Part shown: positions 8,222 to 16,860 of the stretch, one piece after another
How positions within the stretch are numbered: the stretch's first letter is position 1
Layout: each line of letters opens with the position of its first letter
From: an uncultured bacterium
GTDB lineage: Bacteria; Abyssobacteria; SURF-5
NCBI GenBank assembly: GCA_964607485.1
Contig: CAZSKP010000048.1
Location: 1 to 28,873, forward strand
Length of the DNA stretch: 28,873 nucleotides
Direction of reading: 5' to 3'
Notes under the pieces: generated by a model
The model's input: only the letters and a program-made list of their open reading frames with translations
Databases searched by the model: none
Told to the model about the DNA's origin: nothing
Position numbers and translations under genes: made by a program

Positions 8222-9751
8222 ATGGCCGCCGAAATCGTTATGCCCCGATTGAGCGACACCATGGAGGAAGGCCGCATCATCAAGTGGCTGAAGAAGGTGG
8301 GTGACCCCATCAAGGAGGGCGAGCCGCTGCTCGAGGTGGAGACCGACAAGGCCGACATCGAGGTCGAGGCGTTCGACACGGGAATAATCACTGAGATCAC
8401 CGCCGACGAGGGCGAGACGGTGAAGGTGGGCGAGAAGATAGGCCTGATTAGCACCGAAGAAGAAGCCGCCGCCAAGGCGAAGCCCGTCGCGGAAGAAAAG
8501 AAGCCGGTCGAGGCGGAGGCAGTCGAAGCGAAGGAAGAACCGAAAAGAGAAGAGCCCGAAAGGGAACCTGAAGAGGAAAAGAAGAAGGAAGAGGAAGAAA
8601 AAAGAAAGAAGGCCGCAGAAGAAGCGAAAAGAAAGGCAGAGGAAGAAAAGCGGAGAGAAAAGCCTCGGCCCAAAGAGCCCGCAGTTCGTGTTCACATGGA
8701 AACCCGCGAGGCCGTTGAGAAATTCGTCGCGCGTCCGGCTCCGGGAAGAGTGATGGCGTCGCCCCTTGCGAGGGAGCTTGCGCAAAAACACGGCATAGAC
8801 CTCTCCGAGGTCGAGGGCACGGGGCCAGGCGGCGAGGTCGTGAGGCGCGACATCGAAGAAGTCATCTCCGGGAAGGATAAAAAGAAGGAGCCGAAGGCGA
8901 AGGCCGCGGCACCCGCGAAACGAAGGGAGATCAAGGCCACCCCGCTCGCCGTCGTTCTCGCGGAAAAGGAAGGCATCGAGCTGGACGAGGTCAAAGGCAC
9001 GGGCATCGACGGCAGGATTCGCGAAATCGATGTGAAGGCCTACGCCGCGCGTCGTTGCGCGATGAGGGGCGAGGAGTACAAGGAACTGAGCCTGATGCGC
9101 AAGACGATCGCCCGCCGCATGACCGAAAGCGTTCAGACCATTCCCCATTTCTACCTGACCATGGCGATCGACATGGGAGCGGCGATGGAATTGCGGAAGA
9201 AACTGAACGAGAACAAGGGCGACAATGACAAGATAAGCGTAAACGACATCATCGTCAAGGCGGCCGCCGCCGCGCTCGAACAGGCTCCCGAGGTCAACTC
9301 GAGTTTCAGCGACGACAAGATAAAGATTAACCGGGAAATCAACGTCGGCGTCGCGACCGCCACGCCCGACGGACTCGTCGTGCCGGTCATCTTCGACGCA
9401 AACAAGAAGTCAGTGGGCGAGATAGCGGCGGACATGAGAGACAAGGCCGAGCGCGCCAAGAAGAGGAAACTCAAGCCCGACGAATACTCGCACGCCACCT
9501 TCACCGTCTCCAACCTCGGCATGTTCGGCATCGAACACTTCACGGCCATCATCGACCCGGGACAGAGCGCCATCCTCGCCGTCGGCGCCGTCGTGAAAGA
9601 ACCCGTCTTTGAGAACGACAGCGTGAAAGCGCGACAGACTCTGCGCGTGACGCTCTCGTGCGACCATCGCGTCGTCGACGGCTACACCGGCACGCAGTTC
9701 CTCATCAAACTCAAATCGATTCTCGAAAAACCGGAGGAAGCGATTCGATAA
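8222..9751 (+). CDS. pdhC: Dihydrolipoamide acetyltransferase (E2): one lipoyl domain, two peripheral-subunit-binding domains, catalytic domain
   Basis: MPRLSDTMEEG...VETDKA lipoyl-Lys motif; two ASP/ATPLA...GTG..G.(V/I)...D domains; TFTVSNLGMFG; catalytic DHRVVDG. Confidence 0.95.
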   Translation: MAAEIVMPRLSDTMEEGRIIKWLKKVGDPIKEGEPLLEVETDKADIEVEAFDTGIITEITADEGETVKVGEKIGLISTEEEAAAKAKPVAEEKKPVEAEAVEAKEEPKREEPEREPEEEKKKEEEEKRKKAAEEAKRKAEEEKRREKPRPKEPAVRVHMETREAVEKFVARPAPGRVMASPLARELAQKHGIDLSEVEGTGPGGEVVRRDIEEVISGKDKKKEPKAKAAAPAKRREIKATPLAVVLAEKEGIELDEVKGTGIDGRIREIDVKAYAARRCAMRGEEYKELSLMRKTIARRMTESVQTIPHFYLTMAIDMGAAMELRKKLNENKGDNDKISVNDIIVKAAAAALEQAPEVNSSFSDDKIKINREINVGVATATPDGLVVPVIFDANKKSVGEIAADMRDKAERAKKRKLKPDEYSHATFTVSNLGMFGIEHFTAIIDPGQSAILAVGAVVKEPVFENDSVKARQTLRVTLSCDHRVVDGYTGTQFLIKLKSILEKPEEAIR

Positions 9752-9775
9752 AAAAATCTTTTTTTGAAAAACATG

Positions 9776-9809
9776 GCCGCTGCCGATTGAACCGGCGGCG
9801 GCTTTTTTT
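9776..9809 (+). terminator. Rho-independent terminator of the pdh operon
   Basis: 10-bp stem GCCGCTGCCG/CGGCGGCGGC (one G-U pair), 7-nt loop, then T7. Confidence 0.85.
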
Positions 9810-9921
9810 GTCGTTTCGGAGAACTCCGCCGCTGCGAACCCTTTACTTTATCCGGAGAATATATTACATTAGAGGCCAATCGAGTTTACTGCCGACACTG
9901 GACACGGAGAAGGATTCTGCC

Positions 9922-11199
9922 ATGGCGAAACGCAAGAAGAAGAACGAAGGTAAGCATATCGGCATAATCTCGACGCGTCTTTCCGGGACGGACGGCGTGT
10001 CTCTCGAAACGGAAAAATGGGCGAACGTGCTGGAAGAGATGGGACACACCTGCTTCTACTTGGCCGGCGAGCTCGACCGTCCCGCAGAGAGGTCCCTGTT
10101 GGTGGAAGAGGCGCACTTCACGCACCCGGAAATTCGCGATGTATATGCGAGCTGCTTCGTTTTCCGTAGGCGAAAACCGAAAGTAACGAAAAAAATTCAC
10201 GAGCTGAAGGAATTATTAAAGGAAAAGTTATACGAATTCATAGAGAAATTCGAGATTGACTTGCTGCTTCCCGAAAATGCGGTCACCATCCCCCTGAATA
10301 TACCCTTCGGGGTCGCCATTACCGAGGTAATTGCCGAAACTGGAATACCTACGATTGCGCACCACCACGATTTCTTCTGGGAACGCAAGCGGTTCCTCGT
10401 CAACGTGGCCTGGGACTATCTCAACATGGCTTTCCCGCCCCATCTTCCCAGCATCTGCCACGTCGTGATCAACAGCTCCGGCGCGAACCAGCTTGCGCTG
10501 AGGACAGGCATCACCTCCATGCTCATACCCAACGTGATGGATTTCGAGAATCCGCCCGCCCCGCCCGACGAGTATGCGTCCGACGTCAGGCAGGCCTTCG
10601 GCATAAGGGACGACGAGCTCTTCATCCTCCAGCCCACAAGGGTCGTGAAGCGGAAAGGAATAGAGAGCTCGATAGAGCTGGTCAGGCGTTTGGGCAAGAA
10701 GGCCAAGCTCGTCATCTCGCACGCCACGGGCGATGAGGGACACGGCTACGAGGAGCGCGTGCGAGAGTACTCCGGCCTATTCGACGTTGACACCTTGTTC
10801 GTCTCCGACACGATAGGCGAGCACCGCGGGCTGACGAGCGACGGCAGGAAAATCTATCCGATATGGGATGTGTATCCCCATGCCGATTTCGTGACGTACC
10901 CATCCACGTTCGAGGGATTCGGCAACGCTTTCCTGGAATCGATCTACTTCAAGAAGCCCATCGCCGTGAACATCTATTCCGTCTATGCGATTGACATCAA
11001 GCCCAAGGGGTTCAAGGTCGTCGAGCTCGACGATTATGTGAGCGAGAGCGCCATCCGCCTGACCCGACAGATACTCTCCGACCCGAATTTGTCAAAGGAG
11101 CTCGTGGAACACAACTACAGGCTCGGCAAGCGCTACTATTCATACAAACTCCTCCGGAAACGGCTGGGAGCGCTGCTCTCCGAATGCTTCGGCGACTGA
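9922..11199 (+). CDS. Family 4 glycosyltransferase, mannosylglucosylglycerate-synthase-like
   Basis: N-terminal RLSGTDGVSLETEKW, HHHDFFWER, QPTRVVKRKGIE and GT4 motif YPSTFEGFGNAFLE. ATG at 9922 follows AGAAGGA; possible promoter TTTACT-17-TACATT at 9842-9870. Confidence 0.85.
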   Translation: MAKRKKKNEGKHIGIISTRLSGTDGVSLETEKWANVLEEMGHTCFYLAGELDRPAERSLLVEEAHFTHPEIRDVYASCFVFRRRKPKVTKKIHELKELLKEKLYEFIEKFEIDLLLPENAVTIPLNIPFGVAITEVIAETGIPTIAHHHDFFWERKRFLVNVAWDYLNMAFPPHLPSICHVVINSSGANQLALRTGITSMLIPNVMDFENPPAPPDEYASDVRQAFGIRDDELFILQPTRVVKRKGIESSIELVRRLGKKAKLVISHATGDEGHGYEERVREYSGLFDVDTLFVSDTIGEHRGLTSDGRKIYPIWDVYPHADFVTYPSTFEGFGNAFLESIYFKKPIAVNIYSVYAIDIKPKGFKVVELDDYVSESAIRLTRQILSDPNLSKELVEHNYRLGKRYYSYKLLRKRLGALLSECFGD

Positions 11200-11395
11200 A
11201 GGCGGAGTATGATTGGACCGCATGCTCTGTTCACCTCCTGCGGCTCTCTTGACGTCTCTCTGTTTACACCCGAATTTTTATGTGGTCTTGCGCTGGAGCA
11301 ACCCGAAACAGCGTGTTAAAGTTGTGGTAACCGGTTTTTGCCGGGAGATGAATTCGACTCGCCGAGAATATCGATATGAATAAGAAGGAGGGGTC

Positions 11396-13312
11396 ATGGC
11401 CCAGAACTTAGCCGAGAAACTCATCAGCGAGCATTTGGTAGAGGGAAAGATGGCTGCGGGCGAGGAAATCGGAATCCGCATCGACCAGACGCTGACCCAG
11501 GACGCCACCGGCACGATGGCTTTTCTCGAGTTCGAGTCGCTCGGCATCCCGCGCGTGCGGACCGAGCTGTCCCTGAGCTACATCGACCACAACATCATCC
11601 AGACCGACTTCAAAAACGCCGACGACCATCGTTTCCTCGAATCCATAGCCGCCAAGTACGGCGTGTACCTCTCGCCGCCCGGAAACGGCGTCTCACACCA
11701 CGTGCACCGTGAGCGGTTCGGCGTACCGGGCAAAACGCTGCTCGGCTCCGACAGCCACACCACGACGGGCGGATGCCTCGCTATGCTCGCAGTCGGCGCG
11801 GGCGGCGTGGAGGTGGCCATGGCCATGGCCGGCAAGCCGTTTTATCTGATGTACCCCAAGGTGTGGGGAATCCGCGTCACCGGCAAGCTGCAACCGTGGG
11901 TGTCGGGCAAGGACGTCATCCTCGAGCTTCTCCGCCGGTTCACGTGTAAAGCCGGAGTAGGGAAGATCATGGAGTTCTTCGGGCCGGGCGTGAAGAACCT
12001 CGACGCGAGCGCGCGCGCGACCATCGCCAACATGAGCGTCGATATCGGCGCGACCGCCGCCATCTTTCCCTGCGACCAGGTGACCCGCCGCTACCTGAAG
12101 CTGAACGGACGCGAGGAGGACTGGAAGGAACTCAAGGCCGACAGGGGCGCCGACTACGACGAGGTGACGGAACTCGACCTCGGCGCCATCGAGCCGCTCG
12201 TCGCGTGTCCGTCCAATCCCGACAACGTCAAGACCGCCGCCGAGCTCGACGGGACCGAAATCTCGCAGGTCATCGTCGGCAGTTCCACCAATGGCTCCTA
12301 CCGCGACCTGATGATCGCCGCCCAGACGGTCGAGGGCAAGCGGGTGCATCCGTACGTCAGCTTCGAGATAAACCCCGGAAGCCGCCAGACGCTTGAAAAC
12401 GTGGAGGTCATGGGCGGCGTGCTCGCGCTGATACACGCGGGCGCGCGGATACATCAGTCGGGCTGCCTCGGCTGCATCGGCATGGGACAGGCCCCCGCGA
12501 CCAACACGAGGTCGCTCCGGACGTTCCCGCGCAATTTCAAGGGACGAAGCGGCACGAAGGAGGACCAGGTGTATCTCTGCTCGCCCGAGGTCGCCGCCGC
12601 CTCCGCGCTTCAGGGCTCCATCGCCGACCCGCGCAAGTTCGGCGAATACCCGAAGGTCAGATTCCCCAAGCAGTTCAGGTTCAATCCCGAGTGGATTATT
12701 CCGCCGGCCAAAGACTCCGAGGCCGTCGAGGTCATCAGGGGCCCGAACATCGTGCCTTTCCCCAAGTTCGAGGCGCTGTCGGAGAGCCTGGAAGGCGAGG
12801 TTCTGCTGAAGGTTGGCGACAATGTGAGCACCGACATCATCATGCCGGCAGGCAACCGTGTGCTTCCCTTCAGGAGCAACATTCCCGCCATCAGCAAGTT
12901 CGTGTTCGATATCATCGACGAGAATTTCCACAAGAAGGCCGAGGAGAAGGGGGGAGGCGTCATCGTCGGCGGAGAAAATTACGGACAGGGCTCCTCACGC
13001 GAGCACGCCGCCCTGGCCCCTCGCTACCTGGGAATCCGAGCCAAGCTGGCCAAGAGCTTCGCGCGTATCCACAAGGCGAACCTCGTCAATTTCGGCATCG
13101 TGCCGCTGGAGTTCGCCGACGTCGCTGACTACGAAAAGATTCAACAGGGTGACATGCTTCGCATTCCCGGCATACGCGAGGCAATCAAACGGGGCGATGA
13201 GACGATAAAGGTTTCCGTCAACGGCAAAGAGTTGGCGACCCGGCTCGATGTCTCACCGCGCCAGCGCGACATCCTGCTCGCCGGCGGCCTCCTCAACCAG
13301 GCGCGAGGATAA
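11396..13312 (+). CDS. Aconitase-family [4Fe-4S] hydratase, fused large+small subunit (Aquifex-type putative aconitate hydratase)
   Basis: LTQDATG, DHN, GSDSHT, CLGCIGMG, PRNFKGR, STD.I.P and NYGQGSSREHA; SD AAGGAGG. The first cluster-ligand motif reads GSSTN instead of GSCTN. Confidence 0.92.
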   Translation: MAQNLAEKLISEHLVEGKMAAGEEIGIRIDQTLTQDATGTMAFLEFESLGIPRVRTELSLSYIDHNIIQTDFKNADDHRFLESIAAKYGVYLSPPGNGVSHHVHRERFGVPGKTLLGSDSHTTTGGCLAMLAVGAGGVEVAMAMAGKPFYLMYPKVWGIRVTGKLQPWVSGKDVILELLRRFTCKAGVGKIMEFFGPGVKNLDASARATIANMSVDIGATAAIFPCDQVTRRYLKLNGREEDWKELKADRGADYDEVTELDLGAIEPLVACPSNPDNVKTAAELDGTEISQVIVGSSTNGSYRDLMIAAQTVEGKRVHPYVSFEINPGSRQTLENVEVMGGVLALIHAGARIHQSGCLGCIGMGQAPATNTRSLRTFPRNFKGRSGTKEDQVYLCSPEVAAASALQGSIADPRKFGEYPKVRFPKQFRFNPEWIIPPAKDSEAVEVIRGPNIVPFPKFEALSESLEGEVLLKVGDNVSTDIIMPAGNRVLPFRSNIPAISKFVFDIIDENFHKKAEEKGGGVIVGGENYGQGSSREHAALAPRYLGIRAKLAKSFARIHKANLVNFGIVPLEFADVADYEKIQQGDMLRIPGIREAIKRGDETIKVSVNGKELATRLDVSPRQRDILLAGGLLNQARG

Positions 13313-13457
13313 TAACCCGCCACTAACCATTGTCTCCGGCCATCGCAGCATACACATAACCTATGTGTTTACAAAGTGTTATGGGATTTCCCTTTGGTGC
13401 CGCGCCGGGTGCGGAGGTGCGCTGAATATGAATCAGTCTTTAAAGACCAAAAAAGTG

Positions 13458-13486
13458 TTGACGTTGGCTTAACTGCGCGATATGAT
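13458..13486 (+). promoter_or_regulatory. Putative sigma70 promoter for the beta-propeller gene
   Basis: TTGACG, 17 nt, TATGAT; upstream inverted repeat ACACATA-ACC-TATGTGT at 13352-13368. Confidence 0.65.
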
Positions 13487-13760
13487 TACCTCACGGTAAC
13501 CGCGGACGGAAGAAGACGTTCCATCCGCGAAAACATTTCGTTGCGAAGTTCGATTTCATCGCCCGAGCCCAAAATGCCGTTTAAGATAAGCGGGGGCGAC
13601 GACCACAGACTTTTCCCTCGCACATACGATCTCCAGACCCACAGCGTAAGGGTGTTTGGACGATTCCGCTGACCTGAACTGAAGTCCTCGAACATCCCGA
13701 CTCACGAGGCCGTCCAAACGAAAAAGCCGACGAAGCCTCTCGGCGGGGAGGGAAGACGTC

Positions 13761-15926
13761 ATGCATACTCAAACCCGATTTCGCTGGTGCGCGCTGCTGC
13801 TTTTTGCCTTTCTTGCAGTTGTCATTCCTCTTCAAGACGCGCACGCTGAATGGTACCAGGTCGGTCCATATGGGGGCATAGTAAGGTCGCTTGCGATCGA
13901 CCCCGACAACACCCAGGTCATCTATGCATCAACGGACGACGACGGTGTGTACAAGAGCACCGACGGCGGCGACACCTGGGCCGCATCCGGCCTGGAAGAT
14001 TATCCCATCAACAGTCTCGCGATCGACCCCACGAACACGCAGACCATTTACGCCGGAACAGCCGGAGGCGTGTTCAAGAACACCACCGGCGGCGACGGCA
14101 CGTGGACTCCCATCGTTGCCGGCATGGGAGCCCTTCCGATTTTCAGCCTCGCAATCGACCCCACGAACACCCAAGTCATCTACGCCGGAACAGCCATCGG
14201 CACATACAAAACCGCCACCGGGGGCGGCTTGTGGGTTCCCATCACCACGGGCATGACCACCCCCCTTCCCGTTTACAGTCTTGCCATCGACCCGTCGAAC
14301 ACACAGGTTGTGTATGCCGGAACAGGCAGCGGCATGTACAAGAGCACCAACGGTGGCGGGAGCTGGACGTTGACACCCTCGGGCCTGGGAACAACTGATA
14401 TCATCAGCATTGCCATTAATCCCACAAACACACAGGTTGTGTATGCCGGAACAGGCGAAGGCGTGTACAAAACCGTAACCGGCGGCGGCAACTGGTTCGA
14501 TTCCGGCCTGAGTGTCATCCGGAGCGTTGCGATCGATCCCACGAACACCCAGATCGTGTATGCGGGAGCAAGCAACACCGTGTATAGAAGCATCAACGGC
14601 GGTACATCGTGGTCGGGCGTCATTGTTCCCGGTTTTAGCGATATCCGCAGCCTTGCAATCGACCCCTCGAACACACAGACCATCTACGCCGGAACATTCG
14701 GCAAAGGCGTGCATAAGACCACAAGCAGCGGGTCGACGTGGACCGTGTGCGGCATCGCAAATTTCATTGTTCGCGACCTCGCGATAGACCACGTGAACAC
14801 CGACACCATTTATGCGGGAACATACGGCTACGGGGTGTATAAGAGCAGCGATGGCGGCGAGCTGTGGGAGGTCGTCAACAACGGCCTGGGAAATCTCGAT
14901 GTCCAGTGCCTCGCAATCGACCCCGATAACACCTTGACCATGTATGCCGGAACGGACGGCGGCGGCGTGTACAAGAGCCCCGGTGGCCTTGCGTGGGAGG
15001 CCAGGAATACGGGCCTGGGGAATACTTATGTCTTGAGCCTCGCGATAGACCCCGGAAACACACAAGTTCTCTATGCCGGAACAAGCACCGGCGTGTACAA
15101 GAGCACAAACGGCGGCGGCAACTGGACTCTAAGCAATACCGGTATCGGATCTCATGGTGTTCGTGCCCTTGCGATGAACCCCGCGAACACCCAGGTCGTC
15201 TATGCCGGCACACATGGCGGCATGTTCAAGAGTACAAACGGCGGAGGGAACTGGACCGCCATCAATACCGGTCTGGGGAATACTTCCATCCGAAGCCTTG
15301 CAATCAATCCCGCGAACACACAGGTAATCTACGCCGGTACACTACTCGGCGTGTACAAGAGCACAAACGGCGGCGGGAACTGGACCGCCTCCGGCCTCGG
15401 CAGCATGGCTGTCCGAAGCCTCGCGATCAATCCCGCGCACACACCGACCGTCTATGCGGGAACGTCGCGTAACGGCGTCTACAAGAGCACAAACGGCGGC
15501 GGAATCTGGCTCATCTCCGGCCTGTCGGATCTTGACGTTTACAGCCTCGCAATAGACCCGGCGAACACCCAGACCGTCTATGCCGGAACATGGGAGGAGA
15601 GCGTTTGGCGCCTCGGCGGCCAGTTGACGCAAATCAATCTCGCATCCCCTTCGGATGGATCCGTCATGGGAGGGCCCTCCACCTTTGCATGGACGGTCAA
15701 TGGGGGAGTCGATAACCGATACAAGGTGGACTTCCGCATCCCCGGTCTTGTGCAGCTCTGGTCCACGCCGCCCTTGACGACTAACAGTTGGAACATGCCG
15801 ACCGCAATATGGAACAAAATCCCTTCCGGCAGGCGAGTGTATTGGCGCGTGCGCGGAGCGGATGTGGACGCTCCGCCGGTGACCATCATAACGAGCGACG
15901 AAGTCTGGTACTTCGACAAGCCATAG
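13761..15926 (+). CDS. Secreted BNR/Asp-box (YCF48-like) beta-propeller repeat protein with about 100-aa C-terminal beta-rich domain
   Basis: Signal peptide ending AHA|E; 14 repeats of about 39-44 aa with consensus SLAIDPxNTQVVYAGTxxGVYKSTNGGxxW, consistent with two 7-blade propellers; SD GGAGG. Confidence 0.92.
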   Translation: MHTQTRFRWCALLLFAFLAVVIPLQDAHAEWYQVGPYGGIVRSLAIDPDNTQVIYASTDDDGVYKSTDGGDTWAASGLEDYPINSLAIDPTNTQTIYAGTAGGVFKNTTGGDGTWTPIVAGMGALPIFSLAIDPTNTQVIYAGTAIGTYKTATGGGLWVPITTGMTTPLPVYSLAIDPSNTQVVYAGTGSGMYKSTNGGGSWTLTPSGLGTTDIISIAINPTNTQVVYAGTGEGVYKTVTGGGNWFDSGLSVIRSVAIDPTNTQIVYAGASNTVYRSINGGTSWSGVIVPGFSDIRSLAIDPSNTQTIYAGTFGKGVHKTTSSGSTWTVCGIANFIVRDLAIDHVNTDTIYAGTYGYGVYKSSDGGELWEVVNNGLGNLDVQCLAIDPDNTLTMYAGTDGGGVYKSPGGLAWEARNTGLGNTYVLSLAIDPGNTQVLYAGTSTGVYKSTNGGGNWTLSNTGIGSHGVRALAMNPANTQVVYAGTHGGMFKSTNGGGNWTAINTGLGNTSIRSLAINPANTQVIYAGTLLGVYKSTNGGGNWTASGLGSMAVRSLAINPAHTPTVYAGTSRNGVYKSTNGGGIWLISGLSDLDVYSLAIDPANTQTVYAGTWEESVWRLGGQLTQINLASPSDGSVMGGPSTFAWTVNGGVDNRYKVDFRIPGLVQLWSTPPLTTNSWNMPTAIWNKIPSGRRVYWRVRGADVDAPPVTIITSDEVWYFDKP

Positions 15927-15937
15927 AAACGAACCGG

Positions 15938-16168
15938 TCATAGCATGAGCGGAAACCGCTCCCACGTGCCTTCGGGAGCGGTTTCCGTTTTCAAGTCTCC
16001 GTCCGAGGACGGACAGTAACCACGATCTCCCTCATGATATTCGCGATGGATGTCTCCGAGGTCTTTGTGGAATTCCGCGTGTTTGTCATTGCGATAGTAA
16101 TGACGATGATGATGATGTGCGCACCTCGAAGAGTGTTTTTTACATAATTCCCCATAAGTGCCCATCAT
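15938..16168 (-). CDS. Possible small His/Cys-rich protein (doubtful)
   Basis: 76-aa ORF containing CAHHHHRHYY and HAEFH..L.DIHREYH. It has no clear SD and runs through the terminator hairpin. Confidence 0.25.
   Translation of the reverse strand: MMGTYGELCKKHSSRCAHHHHRHYYRNDKHAEFHKDLGDIHREYHEGDRGYCPSSDGDLKTETAPEGTWERFPLML
15950..15991 (+). terminator. Hairpin terminator after the propeller gene
   Basis: Perfect 14-bp stem CGGAAACCGCTCCC/GGGAGCGGTTTCCG, 10-nt loop, then TTTT. Confidence 0.75.
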
Positions 16169-16277
16169 ATGCAGTGACGCCTATTGCCCTTCTTTAGTAC
16201 GCATGTCAAAATGAGGCTTAGCTGATGAGCGCACGATGCAGTTCAACAGATATAGATCGTAAACGAAGAGGAGATAC

Positions 16278-16664
16278 ATGATGCTCTATAAACGCGAAGC
16301 CAAAGGACCGGTTGAGGAAGTAAAGCGGAAGCTGGAAGAAGCAACCAAGGCGAACAAGTTCGGCGTGTTGGGGACGATCGACCTGAAGGCGAAAATGCAG
16401 GACAAAGGTGTTGACTTCGGCCCACGGTGCCAGATTCTCGAAGTATGCAATCCCGGCCAAGCCAAAAAGGTGCTGGAATCGAACATGGACATCTCAACGA
16501 TGCTTCCGTGTCGCATTTCCGTCTATGAGGAGAATGGCAAAGTCATGGTGGCAACCCTTAAGCCGACGGCTCTGTTGGACCTTTTCAACAATCCCGAGTT
16601 GACTCCGGTCGCCGAGGACGTGGAAAATACGATCATACGTATAATTGATGAAGCATGCGCGTAA
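16278..16664 (+). CDS. DUF302 domain protein
   Basis: FGVLGTIDL...ILEVCNP..A......ISTMLPCRISVYE pattern; SD GAGGAG. Confidence 0.9.
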   Translation: MMLYKREAKGPVEEVKRKLEEATKANKFGVLGTIDLKAKMQDKGVDFGPRCQILEVCNPGQAKKVLESNMDISTMLPCRISVYEENGKVMVATLKPTALLDLFNNPELTPVAEDVENTIIRIIDEACA

Positions 16665-16740
16665 GCCCGTTGGAAGGTGTACCGCCATACTCTCCTTCTC
16701 GGAATAATAATCGGCCATAGCTTTCCCCAGATTCCTTCAC

Positions 16741-16769
16741 TTGAAATCAAGCTACCCGGCGGCTATAAT
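16741..16769 (+). promoter_or_regulatory. Putative sigma70 promoter for the amidase
   Basis: TTGAAA, 17 nt, TATAAT, about 90 nt upstream of the ATG. Confidence 0.65.
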
Positions 16770-16860
16770 GATGCTTGAAATCCTGCCGGGCCGAGCCGCA
16801 AGTGCATAGGTGCGGCGGGCAGCGTTGTGTTTGTCAGAAAACGACAAAGGAGCTGAAATC

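Noticed and set aside
9658-9921. ORF-track N-terminal extension of the glycosyltransferase
   Set aside because: It overlaps the end of pdhC and the terminator; family similarity begins after ATG 9922.
13560-13730. c-di-GMP-I riboswitch or hammerhead ribozyme in the propeller leader
   Set aside because: The GGCAAAC/GACGCAAAGC and CUGANGA core motifs are not present; kept only as a generic structured leader.
13880-15610. Regular about 130-bp DNA repeats (possible CRISPR or DGR)
   Set aside because: They are in-frame coding repeats of propeller blades with synonymous variation; there are no identical repeats with unique spacers, and no cas or reverse transcriptase gene.
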